From: Trichoplax adhaerens
Lineage: Eukaryota > Animalia > Placozoa
Reading direction: 5' to 3'
Assembly (NCBI RefSeq): GCF_000150275.1
Contig: NW_002060947.1
Coordinates: 6,339,648 to 6,403,647 of the forward strand
DNA length: 64,000 bases
The position numbers and the translations under genes were made by a program. Of this stretch, positions 41,986 through 55,087 are shown in pieces (the first letter of the stretch is position 1; every line of letters begins with the position of its first letter). A model generated the notes under the pieces. The model had not been told where the DNA came from. It saw only the letters and a program-made list of their open reading frames with translations, and did no database searches.

Positions 41986-42759
41986 TGAATCCAACAAAAA
42001 ATAAAATAATGCAATATAAGGCATTGACCAACCATGGCCATTGTCGAATAACGCAAGTATACTCCTAGCGGGACTGCCGGCACTAGTGCACAGTATACCT
42101 CATAGCTGTTCTTCGTTGGCCATTAATACTCTGGGATCATTTCTGCTGTACAGCATTTGTAAATAAACAACTTTATTTTTTTTCCTTACATTCATATATA
42201 CTGTACTGGGTTGATCTAGGATAAAACGCACCTTAAAGGTATAGCTATTAAGAAGGGGGAAAGTAACGTTCAAATGAATCACTAGCTTACAGTTGTAAGT
42301 AACATCGGACAACATCGTCAACTAATGCCGTTTTCTACTTATTCCAGTCCAGGCCGGCCATTGATCAATCTCCATACAGTATTTCCCTGGATAAAATAGA
42401 CAGTAGCTTACTTAAGTTACGCCTAATTTGAAATAAGGAGCTATTGACTACTAGGTGCTTTCCTTTTCTCTTCGTTAGTGACGTAGTCAAGGCAATTGTG
42501 CAATTTGCTATCTCATTATACTGCAAACGCAGAAGTCAAATCATTATAATAATAATTAATTAATCAGCTTGAGCCTTTAACCTACAGTATTACAATACTG
42601 CAAGACTTAGACGGCAAGTGAATGAGAAGTGTTTTGCTCTGGCTATTGTGGACACTCATCGACGCTTGTAGCAGCCATTCTACCATCGATCGAAATCTTG
42701 TTTCTGCTCATCGTCAACAATCTTCATTTTGTTCTAGTCCTAATTGTACTAATACAACC

Positions 42760-45665
42760 ATGTCGCGGAAAATTATCCAATCTCTCTTGTCTCATGAACA
42801 AAATGAAGGTGTAGGAGCCCGTGTTCGTCGAAGTATTGGACGGCCCCAGGTAAGTAAAAAGAAAGAGAGAATGCCTTTTGTTTTGGCCATTTTAGCTGAG
42901 TCATTTTGCTTACTGATCCAATGATGGACTGGCTTTTAGCTACGAAATTTAGATCCATTTTTAATGCTGGATGAATTTAAAGTGAGTAAACCTGCTGGAT
43001 TTCCCGATCATCCTCATCGAGGTTTCGAAACGGTAACTTATTGACTGTATACCGGTAGAATCCAATTTACCAGCATTTATTAAGCCGTTAAGAGCGCTTG
43101 AGTTAACTAAACTTTTTCATTTTCTTGTTGTCATCTGCCATCACGAACTGCCGGTATTGACTATGGATTGCATAAGGTGACCTATGTACTTAATGGTGTT
43201 TTTTCTCATGAAGACTTCTGTGGTCATTCGGGCACTCTTCGTCCAGGAGACTTACAAGTAAGATTTATTAATGCCTTATGAATAGCACTACTCTCCTAAT
43301 GACTTTTACTTCTCACTTAACTCAACGCTGTTCGTTAAAACATGATAAAGCAGTTGCACAATGTACAATATCAATGACATTGTACATTCATTAGTACTAT
43401 TATTTACCGAAAGATATTAGTTTTCTTGCTAAGATAAGATAGAAGGCAAATTATTATACATATCACAGTTCTATGATATTCATGATCGTAAGTGAAAATG
43501 AATCATTTCACCTTAATGCAACATAGTGGATGACTGCTGGTCGCGGCATCGTTCATGCGGAAATGCCCGCTTCTGATAATGAACCTGGACATGGACTCCA
43601 ACTGTGGATTAATCTACCTAAGGAATATAAGGTCGGTTGCCATTTTCAATAGTTGTAACAACAATCCATTAAACATCAGTAAGGTAGAATACAGGATAAT
43701 ATTAAATAGTGCCATTTCGCAAAAGAATCGTTTAGTAATCGCAAGTAATGCCAGATTGATGTAGTATCCCAACAAGTACAGTACCTTGCCTGCCATGAAA
43801 TGTTTTCTAATAGTTATAATCATCATAATTCGATATTTTAATAAAGCTAAGTGTGTACTAGTAAGTATAATTAATCAACTATTCATTAACAAAATGTAAT
43901 GGAAAACTTATAACGCGAAAGATCTTAGTAGTGACACGTATGTGTATTGCTACATGGAAGCTCTTTCACGTACGATAATTTATTCATACATCATGATTTA
44001 ACATCGAGTACTCTATGCATAACATAAATGATACTTCATGTCGGTAGGGTAATAAAGAAGGCAGGATTCATTTTCTTTAAATTAAATAGTGTATACGTTT
44101 TTCTTCCTTATTGTAAACCTAAAATTTTTTCGATCGAAGCGATCATACGTAAGAAGTTTCTTTATTATACAAGTATTGCTACCAACCCTTAGTGTTGTAT
44201 CTGGCTATATTGACAATTAATATGATGGTTACTGCAAACTAGTTTGCACGACTAGAGAAAAATGCTAGTTCATTAACCTTACAGACTAATAAAAATACAC
44301 GTAAATTAACATGTCTGTTGTTTTACCATTTTTCATATAGTATTTCCCTTGAAGTAAATTGATACCTTTTCAAAACAAGAAGCAGTCAATAGTTTACTTT
44401 ATCTACAATTTATTCTAGTGTAATTTATCTCCACAAGTTCTACACACGTAACATTACAGTGCATATCAAACATGGCCTTCATTTTGAGACTTAAGCGTAC
44501 TCTATGTAATAATTGTTAATCATAGATGTCCAATCCAACCTATCAAGAATTGAAAAAGAAAGAAATACCAACTGCATCTAAGGACGGAGTACATGTGGCT
44601 GTCATTGCAGGAGAAGCACTTGGAAAAAAAGTATGTGATAGTCAAGGCTATATCTCAAATTCTGCAGTGTTCAACCTATCAAATCCCTATCAATTTTTTC
44701 AATATTTCTCGTCCGTTCACCCTTGATATAGAACAGTAATGACAAAGTACAGATTCTTGAATGATTTCCCTAATACTATAATGAACTGTTAGGCTAAAGT
44801 AAGAACTCGTACACCAACCATGCTTTTCGATTTTCGGCTTGATAAAGGAGCAAAATTTTCTCAGCCTGTGACGGAAGGTTTGCATCTCATTATGTGTCCA
44901 ATTACATTTACTTACGTCAAGGATAATCTATTTATTAAATGACTTGGCTTTAAATTGGGTTGATTTATTCTGTCGCACTCCATTCGCTTCTAGAGTACAT
45001 AATATTCTTAATAGGATGTATTTTGCTATCCGTATTACAGGTTGGAACGGATTCGTATATGTCCTTAGTGGAAATGCCTATTTTGGTAATTTAATTTCGA
45101 TAGCAATAGAATAGTTTACATGAATAGTTTTGATTGTATGGGTTAAGGCTAAAAATTGGATAACGTAATCATTATAGGGCCTGCTAATGCACAGACTAAA
45201 GGCGAGGCTCATTATACTCTTGTCCTTGGTGAGGGCAATAGCCTCGAATTCGAAAACAAGGTGTGATAATGCAAGATCGTACATATTGATACTTCATTGC
45301 TTGCATCCAATTCTGATACTTGCCTCTACACCCCTCTTTTATTTGCAGGAATCTGAATCTTGTCACTTTGTTTTGATTGCTGGGCGGCCTATAAAGGAGC
45401 CTGTTGCACATTATGGTATGAAATGCGTTGATAAGAAATTTTAAATTCTCTATGTAGTTCTTTTTTAGTAGATAAAAAAGTTTATGGTGAGTTGAAGCTG
45501 CTTGTTTGTAACATTGTCGTATACATTTGATAATGACAAATTTTAGGACCTTTCGTCATGAATACTGATGAGGAACTTCAGCAAGCAATTTCTGACTTCA
45601 GAAGCGCAAAGAATGGATTTGAAAATGCAAAAAATTGGCGCTCAAAAATTGGAAATAGTAGTTAA
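42760..45665 (+). CDS. PIR: Pirin (bicupin iron protein); exons 42760-42849, 42940-43032, 43177-43257, 43527-43631, 44526-44630, 44793-44877, 45041-45085, 45178-45260, 45349-45415, 45547-45665
   Basis: Motifs [64 protein letters not shown] and YGPFVMNT. The iron ligands (H, H, H, E) are intact. All introns are GT-AG and in frame. Confidence 0.97.
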
Positions 45666-46700
45666 TAGTGTCATAAGCTGGAAAGAAGACGTGTGTTATC
45701 TACCATAAAATCGTTTTCTATAACTAGAAGACTGATTTTAGTTTAATTATTATTTGAAAATAACTCTAATTTGACTGTACTTAGTGCTTTCGACTTTGAA
45801 TACCTAGATCTAAAGGATTTCAAAAATTATCCCTATCTATTAATATATAATTATTAAGACTGAATGAAAAATTCTGTAATCAACTATAACTTGCACGCAT
45901 GATTGAGATAAGCGTCACTAGATTACACTATTTAGCTCACTGACTTCAGGAACTTGATACTTTGATTATTTCAAGTCAGTCATATTTTATTTAGCGTATT
46001 TCAAGCAGCGGGTTTCTTATTAGTTTAGTTAATCAGTTAATATACGAGTATCACAGCATAATTTAAATAGGTGATTGCTACTGGATTATTACGCCAAGTT
46101 GCTTTAATAGTTATAAGCATCCTTAAAATGCTACGTTTATCGCTTGTAACAGTGCAAATATCATTTAGCAAATTGTACGATCTATCAATAAAGGATTTGA
46201 AACGTCACTTTATTTCTGTATAAATTTTAAAGTTACATATAACTTCTTAGTTGATACATTCATACCGTATTCTTACTTGAAATTTTCTAGAGTACCTATT
46301 TATCTATCGTAGTTGCTGTATACATAAGACATTGTTCTTGCTAATCCATAGAACGGAATATTACAATAAACATTTTTAACTAGACTAATATTCTCCCATA
46401 CCCGAATAACAAAATATTCCAATGATCGTTTCATTCTACTCTTAAAGAAACTATTATATGTACTACGATTATATCATCTGTTGAACTTTACAATTACAGT
46501 CGCATTGTTTCTTCAAAAAAATATAGCATAGGAATGCTGACGTATATTGAAAAGTACTGATTACATACATAAGTAATATAATTCAAACTTTTATGGTACT
46601 TATCGATCTTTTATATACCTCTAACCTGTGTAATCTTAAAACATATACAGTAATAGTATCATATCTATATGCGCGCATACAGATAACAAAAAATAAATAG

Positions 46701-49700
46701 CTATTTACGGACTTGACGTTTAAAGCAAGATTTGAAAAATTCGTAACCGTTTGCTTTTTTCTCCTGTAACAGAATAAAATAGTATTAATCATGGTTCATA
46801 TAAATAAGGATGGACAATGTATATTTTAACAAATGGCTATACTGGTTCTTAAGTTAGTTAAAGTTCACATTACCACGTAGCGTCTTTCACGTCTACTTCT
46901 TAAGACATCGACAAAATCTTCGTAATGTAGAGTGCCATCATCTGAACATATAAGTTCAAAGTTTAAAACGATGAAAATAACAACAGCTAAATTAATCCGT
47001 TCAAGATAATCTTAAAGATTCGTTATGGTGTGGTTACTCACCATTTAGGTCGAATAAGTAGAAGATGACATTTACAATTGTAGGATCCAATGTTAAGCGA
47101 GTTGATGCTCTCAGAGCTCTATTAAATTCATCTAGATGGTAATTACACAAAGTAAGGTGAGCGAATAATCATTTCAGGAAAGTAGTTTAATGGAATGAAC
47201 ATACCTTTAGTGATGCATTGATTTGTGATAGCAAACATACGCATCGCTACTGAGAAATCATCCAAACTTCTAATAAATGTACTAAATTTTTCAAACATCG
47301 GGAATGTGATGTACTATAAAAAGATTTGTTTTATGGTTATTTGCATTGCATCATTATTTTTTAATTTCTCTATCGAAAATGTTATATTTCCTCACGTTAG
47401 TATTATTGACTTTTCCTTCTATTCGTTCGAGAAACTCCTTCCGCTCGATTTGGCTTACGTGATTGAGTAAAATTCGAGCAAAATCAGTTTCTGAGATTGT
47501 AGACATCCCTTTCGAGTATACTTGAAAGTAGAAATTGTTAAAGACAGCATTCGACAATTTGTGTTCAAATATTACAGTACGATATAATTAAAAATCGACA
47601 ATGAATACTGGTCATTAGCTATTTGAAGGATATTTCTAATTCTAAAACTTCTTTCTGTAAGTCTTCAAAGAATCTATCATTCATGAAGAAATTATCATGA
47701 TAAGAAAGAGATTCAACGTCTTTACATATTATATTACGATGAACGTATAGCTGTTAGAGTGTTTCCACCTGAAGAAATCTTCTTTATTTACTTCGCGATT
47801 AGTTTTAAACCCAAATAAGTGCGCTACTAAAGTGGATTTAAATCCATCGGTCTTTCCGTCAGCTTCCTAATATAAAAGTTGAACGTTGACATTAGATGTG
47901 CAGTTTAATCATTCTTACTGTATATGTTTGAGCTACGATGAAAAGAAAAATCATGAAATTTAGATGATATCTGTATTAAGTAGCAAGATCTGTTACCTTT
48001 GATTTACTTTCCTTCGGTGAAATCATTTCTTGTAACTGCAATGGTAGAAGATTTGAGATGTTGTGATGTTGAAATGCAGCAGATATAATTAATTTGGTTT
48101 AGTATGTTGGATTACAGATAGTAAATTATTAGCATATAAGTATCATACTCTTTGAATTACGTGTTAGCGCTTACGTTTAGAAATTCTTTAAAATCAATAT
48201 TTCCACTACAATCGGTGTCTATCATTCTAAAAGCAATATCGATGCCAGAACGAGGTTCTATAAATTCAAATAATTGAGGATTCCATTAATCAGATATTTG
48301 AAATATTTATATTGAAAGTTACTGATGTCGGAAGAATAGGTCATACTTACTTGTTAAAGCATTTACGAGAAAAAGAAACTCCGAATAGGTAATTATCCCT
48401 AAATGAAGTATATAACTATTTAATGAATAGGGCAAAGACGTTGTGAAAACATCGATAAATCCATTTCAGTAGTGCTTTAATAAACTTAAACCGCAACCGA
48501 GTAGAGGTAAAGCTTATCGTGATGCATAGCATTCCAGTTATTATTATTACTGGATGAGAGACTAATTTATAGTTAAAAATTCGTTACTCTAACTTATAAT
48601 TAGTATTAATCACGCTAATATAGTCTATAATGTTTGTTAGAAAGGGACATTTTCAATTACGACTGCATCAGATGCTATATAACATATATCTCTTACCCTC
48701 ATGGCCGATTGAACGAAATAGCTTGGCAGAACCTCGTGATGCTGGCGGTGTCTTTTTGAGCATTTCTTCTACTTCCTACGTATACAGTATTAGAATCCAT
48801 TTAGCAAAGAATGATATCTTAATCACATCGATTGTATAATTAGGTTATATAAAATGGAGAATCATAATCAACATCTTATAAACTACAGGCAAAGTAGTAT
48901 TTGATCACGAATATAAGACTATTATTAATATTATACGTAGAACAACTAACCCTTTGTGATAGTGCCATTCGACATTTACGCGCTAGAGGTAGGAAAAGGA
49001 ATCAAGAAGTGAATTGATTTACCATGTTCATGTATATATAAAACATATATGGCACGGTCAATGTAAGGATTCGGGCATTCTATAGAATGCCCGACACTCC
49101 GGGCAATGTACGAGAAAACTTCTACAGTACACTTCTTTGTAATAAAAATAAGACAGTACATTACAACATTAACATTGCTATCGTATGATGTTAAAATTGA
49201 TAGCGTCATTATCAGCATTTCAATCTGATCTACGCTAGATAAAAATTCTGTTTCTTGAATGCTTTATTTACCAGTAACGTGAGACCCTAAAAGACATTGT
49301 AAAAAATCGTGGGGCGTCATCACCGGTTCTCCCATATATTCACGTGAAGCATAGCTATTAAATCGGCGTTGGCTCTTTTTTAACTTGACAACTTTGGGTA
49401 CAGTTTCTTCTTCTTGATTTTCTTCCTCGGCAGCATAAGTGATGGGTAAAAGCGATGATAGCCAACGTTGACGGTGATGATAGAGCCATATTACACCGCC
49501 TAATCCAGCGGCTAAAACCGTGGCAACGGAGGCTAATGATGATTTACTTCTTCCACCTTGATTACTGTTGGAATTTTCGGATCGATTGAACCAGGTCGAT
49601 TGTGTAGATAATGTTCGTGATTGTGATATAAGAGATGAGCTGGAAAGGCGTAAATTTTTAACTTGTAGAGGGGAGAGAAATCTACTCCCAAATCGACAAG

Positions 49701-49707
49701 CAGACAT
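46701..49707 (-). CDS. MICU3: Mitochondrial calcium uptake protein, MICU2/MICU3 type; exons 49707-49272, 48982-48951, 48775-48697, 48398-48351, 48257-48175, 48035-47997, 47866-47769, 47673-47634, 47527-47396, 47313-47205, 47131-47042, 46941-46874, 46763-46701
   Basis: Transit-peptide-like start plus a hydrophobic segment, then RFNSYAS..MTPHDFL, TPPASRGSAKLFR (MICU3-like), GIITYSEFLFL, EF-hand DTDCSGNIDFKE, ISETDFARILL, EF-hand DLNDDGTLHYED and C-terminal FKSC. One intron is AT-AC. The symbol reflects best similarity; the gene is probably a MICU2/3 pro-orthologue. Confidence 0.9.
47528..47633 (-). other. U12-type (minor spliceosome) AT-AC intron, 106 nt
   Basis: On the minus strand the 5' end is ATATCCTT (47633-47626), there is a branch-site-like TGTCTTTAAC (47546-47537), and the intron ends in AC (47529-47528). 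Removal joins ...EVLELE|FQVYSKG... in frame, as expected for MICU2/3; retention gives a stop codon. Confidence 0.92.
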
Positions 49708-50047
49708 TTTTCTTTCGCCCTCCTACAAGAGACTTGGGCAGCAACTGCTTTACTACGTATTCGGTAGTAATCTTTATATGTCGCAGTAGAATGGTTTGAA
49801 GCCGTCTTGACGTATAGAAAAATAGATGAAAAAAGCTTCCTCTCGTACTCACTCTTACCGTGCAAATATGTGATCACCTTCTCATCTATCTGTCTCAATG
49901 TGCTATTATTAACTAGTGAAGAAGAGTAGACAATTGGGTGACACTTTATTTGCATAATGATTTTGGGCAGTTATGCCTTCTGTCCGCCCGTCTTAGTCCG
50001 GGCCGGTCTTTCAATGACAAAATGGCAGAATGATCGAACGATTTCTC

Positions 50048-50250
50048 CTTATAATATCTTCATAAACTCAATGGCATAAAGGATACACTGTATAGCATTA
50101 CTGCAACTAATTCCTTCTGCTTCTGTAGACTACTGCAACTAGCCGATTCTTGGCTAAAGGACTTTTGTATAATATCTTCATGAACTTAAGGGCATAAAGG
50201 GTGCACTGTACTGTATAGCATTAGCTAATTCCCCTCTGCTCCTGTATACT
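50048..50250. repeat. Tandem duplication (about 120 bp spacing)
   Basis: tataatatcttcat.aact.aa.ggcataaagg..cactgta..tagcatta..ctaattcc.tctgct.ctgta occurs twice. Confidence 0.85.
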
Positions 50251-52484
50251 AAAAACGCAACGATGCTGCCACTTAGCTGCAGCCCATGCAGCCACAATTC
50301 GTTGGGGATTCTGTTTTTTTTAAGCAATGAGTTATATTCCGCCAGTAAGATTTGTAATTGACTTTATTATTAAAATTACTGGGTATTTATAGATATTCCA
50401 GCATACACCTTTTGCCTTTTGCGTCGTAGCATTTAACATATACTACATCTAATTACTAACTATTATAGCTATCGTTTACTTTACAACATAGGCATATATA
50501 TATATAAATTATCAGCCCGCCTTTTACAATATAATCATGTACGGTATTACAAGACTACATATAAATCATCATATTACAAGTACTTATATGCGTGATATTC
50601 TAATCATATACTTAACGCTCTATCTAATAGCTAATGTAACGTACTGTATATCGTAATATCTAACACTATTTACAACAGATTCTTATTCCGAACACTTCTA
50701 TTAAGTAAAGAGTAAAAATCAAAAGCAATAATGTGATGGTAGATTAGAGATTGCAAAACGTAAAAATTGTTGGCTTGTACTCGAGCTAATTCATGCGTGG
50801 ACTATGCCTAAATAAGTACAATACTGTATAGTTAAGTGTATATTGTTATCATTTTCTACAGAGACTAACTACTAGATAGCAAATAACTGGCTAGGTAGTG
50901 ATTCGATAGCCAGATCCCATATTTTAATCTAGCTGTCCATCGACCACTTTAGAGACATATCCATTTATGCAGGATATCTATAACACAGGCTGTACCCTAT
51001 TCTTCGTAAACTGCAGAACACAGTAGTTTTGTGAGAATGAGTCAATCAAATCAACTTTAGATGCTTCTATGGCGTTAAATGGAAAACCAATTATCAATCA
51101 TAGATAAACATGATCAAACTTGGCAATGATGCTGGTTGATATGAGATTGCGTCTGAAAAATTGATATACTTCAATGTTTACATCCTGGATAGATCTAATA
51201 ATTGCAGTATTGTTGATAATCATCGAGAAATCTATCACCATATCTAATACAACCTTTATTATTGATTAAATACATATAATAGGTTGGATAAAGGAAGATG
51301 GAGTAGCGCAGCTATAAGAGGGTAGATACAATAACAACGAGTCGATGTAGAAGTAATTTTGAGTTTAGAGAAACCTTTTATTCAAACACAGATGACGTAA
51401 TGCGCATAGAAATACCAAGATAGAAACAAGATAGCTTGTAGAAGAGGGGAAATCCGGGAATCCGTATGTTACGATTATAACTAATACACGTATGAGTATA
51501 TCCACCATATGCCTAGCGTAATTATTGATATAGAACAGTATACGGTATAATATAACTTATTGCGGCGTTATAAGTCGAAGCTGAATTGGCTGTCAGCGCA
51601 CAGACAAAATGTATTAACTTTATAGAAACAGTTACAACTACTGTAGTTAGTTATAGTGTCTACCATGGCGTATAGCATGTACGAAAGTCTTCATTTCTAC
51701 TATACTGTATATCTATAGTGTAAATTCAAGCCCTGCTCATCAGTACTCAGTAATTAGGATTGCAATATTACTGCATAGGGATATTAAATGCAATAATGGA
51801 TTTCTAATTCGATTACGAGTACTAACTGACAACGTAAAACCGCCCTAGAATGGTGATGCAATCTACGAGTACTGCACTGTGCATTATATAATCGTAACGT
51901 CTAGAATGCAGAAAACTGAATGTCAATCCGAAGTAATTGGACAACTGTTATCATAATTTTAATTTTAAATTAATATGAAAAGAGGTTAGTTCCTATCAAT
52001 TAAAAAATAGTATTGATGTCTATTACAGAAAGCTACAGCATTATACGTTAATGCTATTCATATCTAATCACGGGTGAGCACTAGATGGTATTTATATCAA
52101 GCAATGCATTTATACATCACAGCTATTGCTTATACATGGATTTAATAATTTTGAAAAATTTAAGCATGGTATTACACATTTTTAACGCTAGAACAATGTC
52201 TAATGTCAAACTATTTAAACACATAATGAGCTTTGGCATAGGGTTTTTAGCATACGCGGTAATTTTTATGCTACTTCAGTTGATGTTGCTAGATCTTTAA
52301 TTTCTATCGCCATACTGGGCATTTCCTATCCTCGAAATGCTTAACGTTGTGAGATCTTCAGGAATAATGATTCATTTACATTTAAATGATCCCCTCTACT
52401 AATATAAAATTAAACCATGAGGCTTTCTAAATACTTTTAGCTTAGAATTATATGCGCATATATAGTTTTTAGATGGCATTGTTA

Positions 52485-53730
52485 CTATTTTTCTTTCTCG
52501 AGATGCTTTAGAGCACTAGTTCGTAACCTCTTACATGTATTATATATCTCTTTTTGTACCCAGAAGGTAGGCATAAACCTAATATAAGTATACTGCAATT
52601 CGTGAGGCCAGTATCCTGTAGTTCTATCACATAATCCAATAGTGTTAACAGCTTGCTTGGCATACGTCTCTGGTGAAGGTGCAAACAGGTTAATTTTGTT
52701 CACTTTTGAGAGTTTTGTGCATATTAGACCTGGTATAAGACTTTGGATAATGATAGAATCTTTATTATATTCGACGTTAAGGCTGCGAGAAAAAAAGTCA
52801 AGGAAAGCTTTACTGGATGAATAAACTGACATTAAGGCCATAGGAACAGAAGCCGCAATGGACGCCACGTTTACAATTGCACCCCTTTTATTCTCGATCA
52901 TTTTTGGTAGGACAAGACGAGTCATTTCCATTGCTGATATAACATTAATATTCAGTATTTGCTCTAATATTTGATCACTCAGTTCATCGTAATAACTGGG
53001 ATATTCATAGGCAATACCAACATTATTGACAAGTATACCTACGTCCAAATTTTGAATTTCTATAGTACAAGATGATTAGAAAAATGAAAGTTAATAATTT
53101 AAGATTGAAATTGATTTAGGCTTGCATATCATAACACACTGTATGCTGATTGATGCTATGATCTTGAACAGGATAGTAACCTATGTTTATTCTACTTTAC
53201 AAGTTGGACAATTTAATTAAGCTAAGCAATGTTTCGATTTTTAATTCCATTATTAAAAAACTGCTACATTTACAACAGTGATAAATAAGGTAAGTCGATG
53301 GACACGCAGCCACTACTGGGTAGGAAGGGGGAGATAGCAAACAATATACGGAATAAACATTATTGTGGTAAGGTAGATTACCTGAAGATATGGTTTGGTA
53401 AATTTTCTTTGGCTGATTGAAATCAATAGCCAATGTCTTTATCTCATGATGACAGTGGCTTTCAAGCTCTTCTTTGACTGCCTTTAATTTATCTTTATTC
53501 CTACTAATCAATAAAACATTCATGCCTCGATGGGCTAATTCCCTTGCATAAGCTTTACCGATACCATCTGTTGAACCAGTTACGATGGCCCATTGCCCAA
53601 GTTTTGTTAATCGAAGACGGAATCCAAGTTTAGGTAGAACAAATAGACGAAGAAAATGCCATAGTGTTAGGCTAATTCGAATGATTATATATGTCGCTCC
53701 CAAGTGTCCTAATATTTCGTACAAATTCAT
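52485..53730 (-). CDS. HSD17B12: Very-long-chain 3-oxoacyl-CoA reductase / 17-beta-HSD12-like SDR, copy A; exons 53730-53382, 53059-52485
   Basis: N-terminal TM segment, GQWAIVTGSTDGIGKAYA, ISRN, ILVNNVG, catalytic YSSSK and TTGYWPH. One phase-1 GT-AG intron. Confidence 0.9.
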
Positions 53731-55087
53731 AATGTCTGCGTATCAATCGCTATCATAAAATGAATCGTTATTAATTTAAAAGTCAACAATTTTGTAGCAC
53801 CTAGGACAGGTTAACTGCTGTAGATGTAGATGCGTAGATACGTGATATACTCTATTGATAATTGCTGTACGTCTGCGCGAAGACTATATATGATTACGTA
53901 AAATCGTTTATACAATTAGAGCGTATGAATGATTTATTGTTACTAAGCAGAATAGAATTTGATTACGTAATCTCGTAAAGTATTGTACTGTACAGTAGAG
54001 TATGAAATAATCTAAACTTAAGAAAGCTACTAGGTTATGGATGGAAACTTGGAAATTTGTTATTACGGGGGCGGAATACTTTTCCATTAGGTCAGCTAGA
54101 CTTTGTAGTGTTGCAATATTCCTGTACACTAATGGGCATTACACGACAGTTGATCCAGAGCATCTGCTCCTGCCCTTGATAACTGGCACGATCCCTAACA
54201 ACTACGTAAGAGTACGAGTATACTGCAGTAGTTAATAACTCAAGAGGTCAAGGAGATGTGAGCTTACAGTTAATTTAATTAACTCTTTTATAACAGTAGA
54301 CGTCTTGCTATCCTTGCCTAGCTTACAGGCCTGGTATACGATTAGACCAACTAGGCTGCTACTGGCTATGTAAACAGTAAACGAGCCGTAGTTTAACAGC
54401 GTCCTTCTAGTATACCAGCTATAAATGGAGTACTTACAGTAAAAGTAATATTTATTTATCAATTATTTGCTGAATAGTTATAACATAAAATAACAACAAC
54501 TCTTGAATATTTTACCAACAGTAAAACAGATACTACCAGTAATAAGCTACCGTAGATATAGATTAAATCCTATAATTGTAGAACAGAATTAGTGACCATG
54601 TTTTTCGTTTAAAAATAAGATGTACATCTTTACGACTAGCTGTAATTGAAAATTCGTAACCGATTTCCGCGTTATTGAATTTCTCGAAAAATTATTATAC
54701 ATCGAAGATGTAGAGATATAGATAACAAAATCAGCTATCGTAATTATCCGTGATTGAGTGGATTGATTGATCATCAGTTCTATTTCATTTAAAGAGCAAG
54801 GCATATTATAGGTTGGTCATTAGCTATAAAGACAATAATGAAATGGTCTAATTTAATTGAATATAGGAAGGATAGTTACTTCACAAATACCTATCGTATG
54901 CCATGCAATATTATAGGCTAAATATACTATTATGCATAATAATCCAACGGTAAATCAACAACATCTCAGCTAAGAATATTTAATGTTGACGTTCTATGAG
55001 AGCAAAATGATAACTTTTGCATCAATTTTTTAGAGCTACACTTGTATGCAAGAAAAAGCTTTTACTGTTTAAATTGAATTTGGTCAA

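Noticed and set aside
9610-49707. Functional clustering of mitochondrial genes (COQ2, MICU)
   Set aside because: Only two genes, about 35 kb apart with unrelated genes between; consistent with chance.
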